In this document: positions 29,032 through 38,930 of the stretch, piece after piece
How the letters are laid out: each line of letters starts with the position of its first letter
How positions within the stretch are numbered: the stretch's first letter is position 1
DNA from: Porphyridium purpureum
Taxonomy: Eukaryota
NCBI GenBank assembly: GCA_008690995.1
Contig: VRMN01000001.1
Location: forward strand, 2,976,001 to 3,040,000
DNA: 64,000 bases
Reading direction: 5' to 3'
Program-made: the position numbers and the translations under genes
Notes under the pieces: model-generated
Database searches by the model: none
What the model was told of the DNA's origin: nothing
Seen by the model: the letters and a program-made list of their open reading frames with translations, nothing else

Positions 29032-31089
29032 ATGGAGAGCGCGACCAGCGCCTCCGAGAAGGACACTGGGGGATGGCTGCTGGATCCCACGTCGTCCGGC
29101 GAGCAGGTTTACTCATCCGTGGAAAACGCATCCAAGCTGTCGACGCTATCTTCCGAGACGTGGCTGCGAGTTCATACAGACAGCGAGCACGGCGAGTCGA
29201 CGTCGCCATCGTCACCCTCCGCTCAGGATGAGGCTGGGTCACGCCATCATCATAGTGACCGACGTGCTCGCCCAGGCCCGTCGTGGAGTGCGCATGGTGC
29301 GCACGAAGCGGATCTGCAGCTGCGGCCGCCGCAGTCTACGCTCATTGACGACGCGGAGCTGACGCGTGTGCTCTTGCCGCACAACGGCCGGAAGGATGCT
29401 CGCGCAGAGCTGGAGGCCTTTCAAAGCTCCGCAATGTCAAATTTGGATCACGTGGTGTGGCTTCTGTACGGCTGCACTGTCCTGAAAAAGATAGCGCTGC
29501 GTCAGCCGCAGGAGCGTATAGTGTGGGTCGACTCAAGTCTGAGCGCGCTGCTTATTTCTTCTCGAAAGGGCGAACGCGATTTGGAGGAGGCACATGTGCT
29601 GGAGGAAACGGACACGAGCAAGCGATGCATTCGCATTCCATTTGCACAGCTCAAGTCTGTATCCGTGTCACCGTCGGAGCTGAGACTGGATGTGGGTACC
29701 GCGCAGACCTCACTTCGCTTTGGATTCCACGAAAGTGAACATGCGCGAAAGCTGGCGGTAGCCCTGCACACCCTATTGCAAGGCTCGTCATGCGCCTTCG
29801 TGGCTCATGCTGCGCTGGGCGAGCCAAAGTCGCTTGTCCCAGCCTGGAATGACACATTCATGGGCAGTGATGTGCAGCGCTTTTCGCGCGTCAATGAGTA
29901 CGTACTGCTCGCTTCGCTCGACTGCATTGGTCATGAGCATCATTGCTCATCTAAGCTTACATTGCAGTTTCTCGCTTTCAACACAGACACATTTACCTTT
30001 CACAAAGTGCGGTTCGGACGCAACGAGCACCGCGATGTATTGCTGCACTCACCAGAATCACTTGTTCTGCTGCGGAAGATTGCGCACTCGGTCGCAATTC
30101 CGTACGCGCGCATTTTGTTCTGTGACGAAACATTTAGCGGGTTTTTCCTGGTCCTGGATTTTGTCGTGAGTGAGCGTGAGTGCGTTGAGATGAGACTTTC
30201 ACGCGGCGCAGCCATGCCTGAAAGACAGGCGCGCCTAATGGCGTACGATATTCTTACGCTTCTTGCCTACCTCTTTTCGTCCAATGTCGCACTCGGAGAG
30301 CTTTCTCTCGACCGCGTATGCATCAGTCTGGACTCGTCAGTGAGGATCGATCCGCTGGGTATACTATGCTTCGATTTTATCGATCGTAATGCATTGGCGG
30401 GTGAGTCTGATCCGAAAGGGATGGCAGCCGCAAAGGACGCAATGTTCCTTGCGGTCGACAGTGTCGCGTCAAGGACGCACAGGCAACAGGAAATATGCCG
30501 GGCCTTGTTCCAGCCACCGGAGCGCCGAGGCAATCCAAGCCGGATAGCACCACAGATTGACAGCCATGCCGGTTTTGTGCGAGATACGTGGGCGCTCGGT
30601 ATTCTTTTGTATTCACTTCTATCTGGAACATTATTATCGTCTGGCTGCACGAGCGCTGAGCAAGTGGCGACCAAAGTGGACGCTGCCGCCAGCGATGTGA
30701 GCGGGACTTTGCGTTCAAGCATGAGAAGCAGCAATTCAAGCACCCCGCTGTCGCGTCACGCGACCGATTTCGTCGGTACCTGTTTGCAGTCCGACCCAGC
30801 ACGACGGCCGACGGCCGAGCAGCTGCTGGAGCACCCCTGGTTTAGTACCAATGAAAGCGAGAGCGATCAATCCTTGTCGGGAAAGAGTCTGCGCCAGTCT
30901 CTCACCGGCTCGTTTCCGCTTGCTACCATGCTGTCGCGCAAGCGATCTGAAATGCGCACCAGCAAAAGCATGAGCAGGAGGCGGCGCCTCATTCTCACAC
31001 CAGATGATATGGACGGTATCATAGAAGACGCCACATTTTGGAGCGAGCTCTTGCCAGTTGAAGAGCTCGCGTTTAAACAAACCGACTGA
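29032..31089 (+). CDS. PH-like domain plus degenerate CaMKK-like pseudokinase
   Basis: C-lobe motifs kept (QPPE, DTWALGILLYSLLSG, DPARRPTAEQLLEHPWF). Gly loop, VAIK, HRD and DFG are absent. Confidence 0.75.
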   Translation: MESATSASEKDTGGWLLDPTSSGEQVYSSVENASKLSTLSSETWLRVHTDSEHGESTSPSSPSAQDEAGSRHHHSDRRARPGPSWSAHGAHEADLQLRPPQSTLIDDAELTRVLLPHNGRKDARAELEAFQSSAMSNLDHVVWLLYGCTVLKKIALRQPQERIVWVDSSLSALLISSRKGERDLEEAHVLEETDTSKRCIRIPFAQLKSVSVSPSELRLDVGTAQTSLRFGFHESEHARKLAVALHTLLQGSSCAFVAHAALGEPKSLVPAWNDTFMGSDVQRFSRVNEYVLLASLDCIGHEHHCSSKLTLQFLAFNTDTFTFHKVRFGRNEHRDVLLHSPESLVLLRKIAHSVAIPYARILFCDETFSGFFLVLDFVVSERECVEMRLSRGAAMPERQARLMAYDILTLLAYLFSSNVALGELSLDRVCISLDSSVRIDPLGILCFDFIDRNALAGESDPKGMAAAKDAMFLAVDSVASRTHRQQEICRALFQPPERRGNPSRIAPQIDSHAGFVRDTWALGILLYSLLSGTLLSSGCTSAEQVATKVDAAASDVSGTLRSSMRSSNSSTPLSRHATDFVGTCLQSDPARRPTAEQLLEHPWFSTNESESDQSLSGKSLRQSLTGSFPLATMLSRKRSEMRTSKSMSRRRRLILTPDDMDGIIEDATFWSELLPVEELAFKQTD

Positions 31090-31091
31090 GT

Positions 31092-31766
31092 TTAAGCAAA
31101 GTACGGACGCGCCTTAAACGAGCAACCGATCGATTTTGCAAGGGCCTCGGCAGCCGCGATGTCGACTTCGGGCCGAGCGATAATCGAGCACTCTACACTT
31201 ACCCCATGCTCTTGTAAGCGCTGCGCGAACTCGACTGCATCTTTGAGTCCTAGCGTTGTGTCCCATGGCCGCGTCAGCTCGCGATGTTGTTCTGGGTCCG
31301 CACTCTGGATCTGGACACACGCATTTGACAGACCGGCGGCAGCGAGCTGGCGTGCTGCGGATTGCTTGTCCTGAATCAAGCCATTTGTGTTCAGGCGAAG
31401 TGAATGCACGTGTTCAGTCCGTGCACGTAGGATGCGCATGGCATCGCACATGGCCTGCAAACGCATCATGGGTTCGCCGAGTCCGGCAAAAACCACTTGA
31501 CGACACGATGAAGTGAGCTTGTTTGTCTGCATCTGCTCGTGCTCCTGAGCGTCCAGCGCCCGGCAAGCCTCGATCGCAGCGGCTGCAGCCTCCTCACCAC
31601 TCGGCTCGTAAGAAAGCGGACTCAGCGGAGTGAAACCTGTGCCGGGGGGGAACTCGAAGCGCGGGCCGTTTGCCGCGAGCATCGTGACCCCACAATTGGA
31701 CGCGTTGGTAAGTGCCACATAAACATTCCCGAACAGCGTGTATGTCAGTCCTTTCCGTATGGCCAT
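31092..31766 (-). CDS. TatD-associated radical-SAM-like protein lacking CxxxCxxC
   Basis: LTYTLFGNVYVALTN, VVFAGLGEP, LRLNTNG and C-terminal A..LA..IG..FKARPY match the family pattern. Only one Cys remains at the cluster loop. Confidence 0.7.
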   Translation of the reverse strand: MAIRKGLTYTLFGNVYVALTNASNCGVTMLAANGPRFEFPPGTGFTPLSPLSYEPSGEEAAAAAIEACRALDAQEHEQMQTNKLTSSCRQVVFAGLGEPMMRLQAMCDAMRILRARTEHVHSLRLNTNGLIQDKQSAARQLAAAGLSNACVQIQSADPEQHRELTRPWDTTLGLKDAVEFAQRLQEHGVSVECSIIARPEVDIAAAEALAKSIGCSFKARPYFA

Positions 31767-32116
31767 CCCCCAAGTTTACTTTCGCGCAAGTCGCCTTGAG
31801 CGTCGATCTGGAACGAGAAATGTGCTGGTGTTGAGCACAGCAACAAGTAGTACGTGGGGCGGCCGCGAGTTTGAGCGCGCATGCGCTTCTTGCCCCCAGC
31901 TCGAAAGTATGAAGTACACGAATTCGACCAAGAAAAAAAAGTCACACTCCACGAGATTCTGTTGCGTCCTGGTTCTATTGTGCGTACGGGACCAGGCGTA
32001 TGCCAAAAGGCAACACAAAAGGATGACAGCAAAGGAAACAACTGCGATCGGCCCAACAAGAATTTTTCCAGGGCTGGGAAATTTAAATACGCTCACTTTA
32101 CATGTAATTCTTGGAG

Positions 32117-32404
32117 TCAACCGACGAATTCTGTCGTCGAGGCAGCAGTCAGCGGCGACTTGAGCACTGACTGAAAGACGGCGGTCACATCGTCGACCGG
32201 CTCTGCACCCAAAGTTGAGCTTTTCGACGGATTGTCACGCCGCTGAAACGCGAGTGATCCCATTCGCGCACGAACCCTGAACTTGGTCTGTTCTTCTGCC
32301 ATCGCGGCATACTCGTGGCGAGCCTCGCTCCGTGAGCGCTTCCGTGTGTTCGGGCGGACGACAGTGCGAGAGCGTCCTTGCCGCCCAGCGGCTTCTTTTT
32401 CCAT
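32117..32404 (-). CDS. Basic microprotein family, copy A (95 aa)
   Basis: MEKEAAGRQGRSRTVVRPNTRKRSRSEARHEYAAMAEEQ...DDVTAVFQSVLKS. TATAAG on the minus strand ~85 bp upstream. Paralogues nearby. Confidence 0.7.
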   Translation of the reverse strand: MEKEAAGRQGRSRTVVRPNTRKRSRSEARHEYAAMAEEQTKFRVRARMGSLAFQRRDNPSKSSTLGAEPVDDVTAVFQSVLKSPLTAASTTEFVG

Positions 32405-33589
32405 GGCTTCGTTCCTTCTTTCGTGGAAATATTCATTACTCGCATCTGTCAAGCAACCTGTCCACGAATCTGTTGACCCTGTCGAGCTTATATGCCTTTA
32501 CCGCGTCTTCGTGCGGCTCTTGCCTCGCGCCAGCCTGAGCGACGTGAGGGCCACATTGACGCGAGGTGAGCGGCACGCGCACCCTCAGAAGACGCAATCT
32601 AAAAAATATCAGTTCTACGCAGAGAAAGATCCTCCTTTCGACGCCACGAGCCGCAGCCGTCCGTGCGTTCCGCCGTTTTCGCAGACTGGCCGTCTGAGTC
32701 AGGAATGGCCAACACCCGCCGAAGCCTCAGCAACACCCGACAAGTGTCTGTGGGTAATTGGAGTCCTACCATGACTCGGACGTTCGTGGGAGTCTGCAGG
32801 ACGACGTTGACGGAATCAGAATGTCGAAATTGGGGTTCTGCGTAGAAACGCCTCGGGAAGCGAGTTTGTGTGGCTGGATGCTGCAAGGGATCGATTGAGG
32901 GCAATGGATCCGACGCTCGAACGTCCCATGGGGAGCGAAGACAGCGCAACGCTGAGCACGATGGCCACAACCGTGGCGGACTCGACGAGGCACTTTGACG
33001 ATTCTACACTACCTCCCTAACGCTCTCGACGACAACGAACATGCCAAAGTCAGTCGCAATAGAAAATCGGTCGCTTCCAAAATGTTGGCCGGGTCCAGGA
33101 AGCTTCCCACGCCGCACTTGCGCAGCGCCGTCTCCGTGCGTGGACAGTGATATCCGCTGCTAGGTTGGTCGACATCCCTGAGGTTGGTACCGCACATGTA
33201 GTTCGAGGCACGACAGAGCCAGGTTCCGACGTGCAAAGCTCAACTGCTACACGACTTGATTTATCCCAGGACAATACATTTTTAGCATCATGATTGACCA
33301 CCTCGCTCTCTAATTGCTCTGCAAGTCTTTTGCTGGAAGCTATTCTGGGAGTTGCACGTCCATGTGCGAGTTTTCATCAGCGCCGTCGAGCTTTCGAGTC
33401 TTCCAACTCGCCTCATCGTTGCGCGCACAGATACGTGCACAGGTCGTGCGAGCGGGGCGCAGAAGAGTTGTTTCTGGCTAAGATACCAGCGCTCGGAAAA
33501 GGACACATGGTCATACAATATGTTTCATGCATCAGTTAAGACGATGAGCGCGACGCAGACCGTGGCGTAGCTTCTGTCTCTGCTCGCCG

Positions 33590-33794
33590 ACATGGTTTGA
33601 GCTGGGTGAGGTGTTGCCAGGTGCTCTCACCTAGCCCGTCAATGACACGGGATACCACACGCGACACAGGTGCTTCAAGGACACGGTCCATGCTTGGCAT
33701 ATTCTCGGACTGAGTTGCTCCCCGAGCACTATACAAGGCGCAGCCGGTCCGGTCGTTCGGCTGGTGCAGCGCCAGCCTACCTGTATCTCTCCAT
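33590..33794 (-). pseudogene. Microprotein family, decayed copy B
   Basis: MERYR*AGAAPAERPDRLRLV*...VREYAK. CGCTGCACC(A/G)GCCGAACG is shared with copy C. In-frame stops. End approximate. Confidence 0.55.
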
Positions 33795-34205
33795 CCTAGT
33801 CTGCTTTCTCGCCGTGGCCACAACCGCTCGGCATGTTCCTACCATCGGTTGCTCGTGCCCACCACAAACGTGCCTGCCCCGTCATCGTACCGATTGTGGT
33901 CTTCCAGCCTCTGTTACATGCTCCGGCATCGGCGCCGAGGATTTTCGACGACGAGGTCATCGAGCGCACCCGTTGGTTTCCTTCGCAGCTTTAGCATTCG
34001 AGGAGTTCCGGTTGCGTCACGCAGTTAATCGCGCAGATCTTCTTCCATCACGTGTCGGTGTAACCGTGTAACTGGCGTCGTCGGCACTGTACTTCTCACG
34101 CAAAACTCTCACTGTACCTGGGGACCGATCGCACACGCTTCCTCTGAACGTTCACCGGGAGGCACGAGTGTAAATACCCACGATGCACACGATCATGTTA
34201 TCATG

Positions 34206-34568
34206 TTATTCGAGGGCCTTGAAGCTTGTTTCTTGATCGGACCACTCGCTTGACGCGAGCAGGTTGTCTTCGTCCGCTGATGTCGACACTGACGTCGACG
34301 ACTTCAGCACAGATTGTAAGAAAATGGTTAGCTCTTTGACGTCATGTTCGCTCGTGCAGTTGATGATGGGCAAACTTGCGGAGCGCTTGGCTGTCTCGGA
34401 ACCCAAAGTGCCCCGGCGCTCCAAGTATTTGATCCGCGCTTGACTTTCCATCAGAATAGCGTGCTCGTGGCGCGCCTCACTCCGTGAGCGCTTTCGAATG
34501 TTGGAGCGCGCGACAATACGAGAGCGACCCCGCCGTTCGGCCGGTGCAGCGATAACGTCTCTGTCCAT
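34206..34568 (-). CDS. Basic microprotein family, copy C (120 aa)
   Basis: MDRDVIAAPAERRGRSRIVARSNIRKRSRSEARHEHAILMESQARIKYL...DVKELTIFLQSVLKS. TATTTAAA upstream at ~34695-34702 (minus). Confidence 0.72.
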   Translation of the reverse strand: MDRDVIAAPAERRGRSRIVARSNIRKRSRSEARHEHAILMESQARIKYLERRGTLGSETAKRSASLPIINCTSEHDVKELTIFLQSVLKSSTSVSTSADEDNLLASSEWSDQETSFKALE

Positions 34569-35315
34569 GACAATACTCAATCCAGATTGTGTCCTCTTGC
34601 CTGTCTATTCAACCTGTCCAAGCCCTTCCGCCTATCCGTCTCCGGTCTTCGGTTGTTGTGCTAGTTATATACCATCTATCTCCGGCTGCCAGATTTAAAT
34701 ACCGCTCCCGAGCGGGAGCACTCATCGTGCACCGACTGCGCGCGTTCTACATGTTCCTTCGCTCGTGCGCTACCGGTCGGGCATCGATGGCCCTGTCGGT
34801 CGACCGACACAGGAACCCTCCGAGAGACGACGAACGCCGCTTCGCTCTGCGAGTAACCAGAAATTCCTCCTGTTTACATCTTCATCGGCTCGCGACGCCC
34901 CATTCACCCGTGCGGGTGAGCATCAATTAGCGAAAGAGCTGCGCTGACGTGCTCGGAAACTTTCAATTTGTTTCTGCTTTGTGTTTCTACGCTCCCCGAA
35001 AAGTATCAGTGGGGCGAAATCACGCGACCCATCTGCGCATTGTCGTCCGGCGTCATTGGGTGAGCGACGAAAGTTGATGTAACCGGCGTATCCACGTGAC
35101 GTATGCGACGTGCAACTCGACGGCGCCTTATCGGCAGTTTTCGCTCACTGGCGGAGGCATGCTATTGTAACCAACGGAAGGGCCTTATAAGGCCGAGCGC
35201 GGATGTTTCGTTCGGGAGGGCCTGGCAGACAGGATGGCAAGCAAGCAAGCAAGCAGGCAAGACGGAGTAGCAGACACGGGAAGCTGGAGACAAGAGAACG
35301 AACAAGAAACCAGAA

Positions 35316-35603
35316 ATGATGTTGGAGCAGGAGGTCCGACAAGGTCGATCTCGATCTCGGGGATGCGCTGGCGTGGGCGCTCACATTTGCAAGCGCTCAC
35401 GGAGCGAAGCGCGCCGTGAGTACGCGAAGATGACAGAAAGCCAGGCGAAAAATAAGTATCTGCAGCGCACATCGCAGCTGCGCGCGTCCATCACGTCCTT
35501 GAGCGATTCGGACAGTGGAGCTGATGTTGATGGGCTGACTACGTGCCTAGAAAGCCTGTTCGAATCGCGGCCGCTAGAGGGTCTGACGACAGCTAGCGAT
35601 TGA
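35316..35603 (+). CDS. Basic microprotein family, copy D (95 aa)
   Basis: MMLEQEVRQGRSR...KRSRSEARREYAKMTESQAKNKYL...DVDGLTTCLESLF. TATAA inside palindrome GGCCTTATAAGGCC at 35181-35194. Confidence 0.72.
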   Translation: MMLEQEVRQGRSRSRGCAGVGAHICKRSRSEARREYAKMTESQAKNKYLQRTSQLRASITSLSDSDSGADVDGLTTCLESLFESRPLEGLTTASD

Positions 35604-35959
35604 GCCGAGCCACCAATGAGCAAAGATATTCGTGTATAAATGTATCTGCATTGTGAACACATCTCTCTTCGTGCTTCAGTAAACGGAGCGCTTCGGATCG
35701 CTCCATGTGTGCATTTGATGATTTCTGCAACCAGTTCCGTCATCCACACTAATCCGCCTTCATGGCCTGCGGCATTTTTGCTTCGTTCAATCACTTGTGA
35801 GCAATGTTCGGAGTAGGCATCTGCGATCACACCGCCGCCGATCGCAAAGCTCGGCATGCTACCAGCATCCGAACATGGTCCTAGATTTACGACGAGATGG
35901 CGTGGTTTATCTTTTTCCAAATGGATTTGCTACTCTACTTCGTGAGAATCAATCTGCTC

Positions 35960-36312
35960 TCAATAGATTGCGGTTTGTGCTTCCTTGCCAAGCTGCTCCG
36001 AGTCGCTCGCGGATGTCGGTTCCGACAAAACAGGTGGCAATTCAAACAGGCCTTCGAAGCGCTTTGTCCATCAACGTCCGACAAGCTCGGAGAGCTGTAG
36101 TGGCCCTAAACCGAGGTTGTCCCATCTTGCCCACACGTGAGATACAGCTCACGTCTCTCCTGATTTTCAATCATCTTTGCGTGCTCGTTACGCGCTTCTT
36201 GCGTGAGCACTTTCGAACGCGAGCAACGACACCAACAAGTAACACATGCACGGCATCAAGATCGACCTTGTCGCATCTCCTGCTCCACCACCAGGTCTCG
36301 TTTCTTGTCCAT
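35960..36312 (-). pseudogene. Microprotein family, copy E: inverted, frameshifted duplicate of copy D
   Basis: MDKKRDLVVEQEMRQGRS* then VRKCSR / EARNEHAKMIENQ / DVDG..EGLFE..TSASD in shifting frames. About 48/58 nt identical to 35298-35355 by manual alignment. Confidence 0.75.
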
Positions 36313-37866
36313 TCACCTTTGTTCGGCTGCTTGCGTCGGCTGCACGCACTTGCCTGTGTACCCTCGAGACTCCGTCCGCGCTCGCACTCTCATGACTTGG
36401 TTCCCACACCGCTGCGTCATTTCGCGCGCTCGCCACGCACCATCGATGATGATCAAGCAATGAAGCTACTCCGTCCTTCGCAAGGTATCGAGTCCCTTGA
36501 GTACCACGCTACTCAAATCCGTGCAAGCACCAAAAGTTGCCCGCAAGCAATGGTAGAAAAGCAGCCGCTCCTTAAAATTCTGAACATTGGCAACGTTTGG
36601 GCATGTGGATGCGCCCACCATTGAGGACGAAGAGGTGCAACCAAAAGAATTAGACCCGGCGGTGCACGATGCTCTCCGTCTAGTCGGTGATTCCCGGTCG
36701 ACCCGATCCGTCCTCGCAGCGGCGCGACGTCGTGGACGAGAGCGCGGCCGCAGGGGTCAGGATGGCGTAGAACGGTCAGTCTGTGTCGACCACGCGTCTG
36801 TATCGGTCACATGATGTCCGAGTGTTTCCTCCTGATAGTAAAGATATCCTGTCACAAGCGAGAACGTACGTTCTTGCAATCGACAGCCACGTCGGGTATC
36901 TACCCACGCGCGCGCCGACCGTTCTACGCACATGCACGTCATGAGACGTGTGCGCGCGGGTTACCCAGACGTCCAAGCGCTATCGCCGTCGACTCGCGGC
37001 TCGTCGAAACATGACGCGCGCCAAAGATAACAGGACTGTCAAACAAAAATAGGTGTGCGGGTCACTGCACACTCGGGAACGTGCACCGCGCGGCACCCAA
37101 CAGGAGAAAGCATGGGCCACAACCTTGCGTAGCGCTGGACACGGCGACAAAGTTTTCCAGGCGGCCAAGTCATGAATGTTGGCCGTTGGCGCGCGCGCTT
37201 TGGGCTTCTCAGCGCGACGGATGTCAGACGCTGAGCACTGTCGTATGCAGGGCTCTGTATCCATCCCTAGAAATCTTTTCACTCCCAACACTTTGGCCAA
37301 GTCGGTCGTCCGGGAGGATGCTGAGCTTCCCCTGTATGTCGCCGGTGCTTCAAACTGGCAGAGCTGGGAACAGCCCCTGAGAAGTTTCGCTCGCATGTTT
37401 TCCCGAGCAAGGACTTTTCCAAGGCAACATGGGCCCAGAACAGCGACGAAGGCTATGCGGAGAAGAATAGTTCCAGCCAGGTCAGCCAAGCAGAGCCGAG
37501 CGTGGAGCGAGACGAATCACATCTAGGTGTTGGCCGATGCGAGCGTTGCGTGAAAGTTACATTCATGGGCGAGGAAAAGCATTGTCACTAGTTGTCCAAG
37601 TCAAAGTGCACGAGAGTAGGACGCTTGTCGCACCTGCGTCATTGTCAGGGCGGAGGTGCAGGAAGCAGTTGGGGTGCTTCTGCGGGCAACTGGAATGGTA
37701 GAAGTTCGGGAATGGGCAAGGCGGTGGTGCAGTAGCAAGAAAGAAGGGCAAGAAACCTGACACGCCAGCAGAGGAGAAAGTGGAGAAGAAAGACCAGCAG
37801 ATCGAAGAGGATTGAAGTACGAGAAGGAACTCTCTGAGTACGAGAATTCGGCCGCCGGCATCCGCT

Positions 37867-37983
37867 CAGCGCCGAGGCGGTGCTCCACAAGTCGTTCGCG
37901 TCATTGTTCTCGTGCGCTCACGCAGCGAAGCGAGTCATGAAGACTCTGTGATGAAAGAGAACGGAGAAAGGAGCAAGCAGTAG
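37867..37983 (+). pseudogene. Microprotein family, fragment F
   Basis: QRRGGAPQVVRVIVLVRSRSEASHEDSVMKENGERSKQ*. No in-frame ATG after the upstream stop, and TAG where copy C has TTG (Leu). Confidence 0.55.
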
Positions 37984-38930
37984 CGGCGCGTGTGCGGTGA
38001 TGGATTTGGTTGCGGCACAGTGTGCTCCTTTAGCAGAATGTCTCCGCACTGTTTGACCTATGTTTCTTGCATGTGTGGAAGCAGAATCTCTCCCACTCTG
38101 CATCCATCTGCATGTCATGTTTGCACGATGGACAGTCTTTGGAATTCATCAAAGTGTTGCAACCGACTTTGAAGACTACGCATTGCTCTTCGTCTTTGAA
38201 AAGGTGCCACACGCATGTTAGCACGGGAGGGCTATCTTGTGGGCTATGCCGTGCCCTGGTCTTCTCAAAGCATCTGCCGTGCTTGCAGACATGCACAAAA
38301 CCAGCCACCACCATGTTCGAGCGAGGCTTTTCCTGTATGCTCGTAACCGGTTTACCGGTTTATCGGCTTACCGGCGCGCACAAGACGGTTTTCTGTCTTT
38401 GGTGCGTGCTGGGTCGGTGGCCACGCGCCGTTAAGCAAAAGCATAGTAAAATGCCGTCAAGCAGTGATAAACGTTCGAGCGGAGAAGAGGCGACGCGCGC
38501 TGACCGGCGCCGCGAGACAGAGCTGTACCGCACGCGGCGAGCCGAATGGCATTGCAATGGCGCATTGCGGCCCGGGAGGTTAACCTTGAGCTTCCGCACT
38601 TCGCATGAGCTGCTCGCAGCCGCGCGACTCCCGGGGGGAGAAACGGCGCGCGCCTGAAAAATCTCGGTGGTTTCCTCCCACAATAACGGCCATTTTGGTG
38701 GTGCGCAGAACCACCGCAGCCAGCTGCCCTCTGCACTGGCGCGCTCGATGGGCCAGCCAGCTGGTCCGGCGATGCGGGTATATAGCAGTGTGAACGAAGG
38801 TGGGGCATACAGGCGTGGTGAAGGGGAACGGTCGCTGGCGGAAGGGTAGGAAGAGTTGTGTAAAAAGGAACTGCAGAGGCGCAAGTCAGACGTTGGTGTG
38901 AAGATACAACAGACACACACAGATAGCAAA

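Noticed and set aside
31776..32120. Minus-strand ORF with a hydrophobic stretch
   Set aside because: TTG start, AT-rich UTR-like composition and no motif.
35797..36624. 275-aa plus-strand ORF
   Set aside because: Non-ATG start, no protein-like features, and antisense to pseudogene copy E.
36690..36814. Possible further microprotein relic (VLAAARRRGRER...ERSVCVDHA)
   Set aside because: Similarity is too weak and low-complexity to call by eye. The same holds for segments near 32800-33000, 33300-33450 and 35920.
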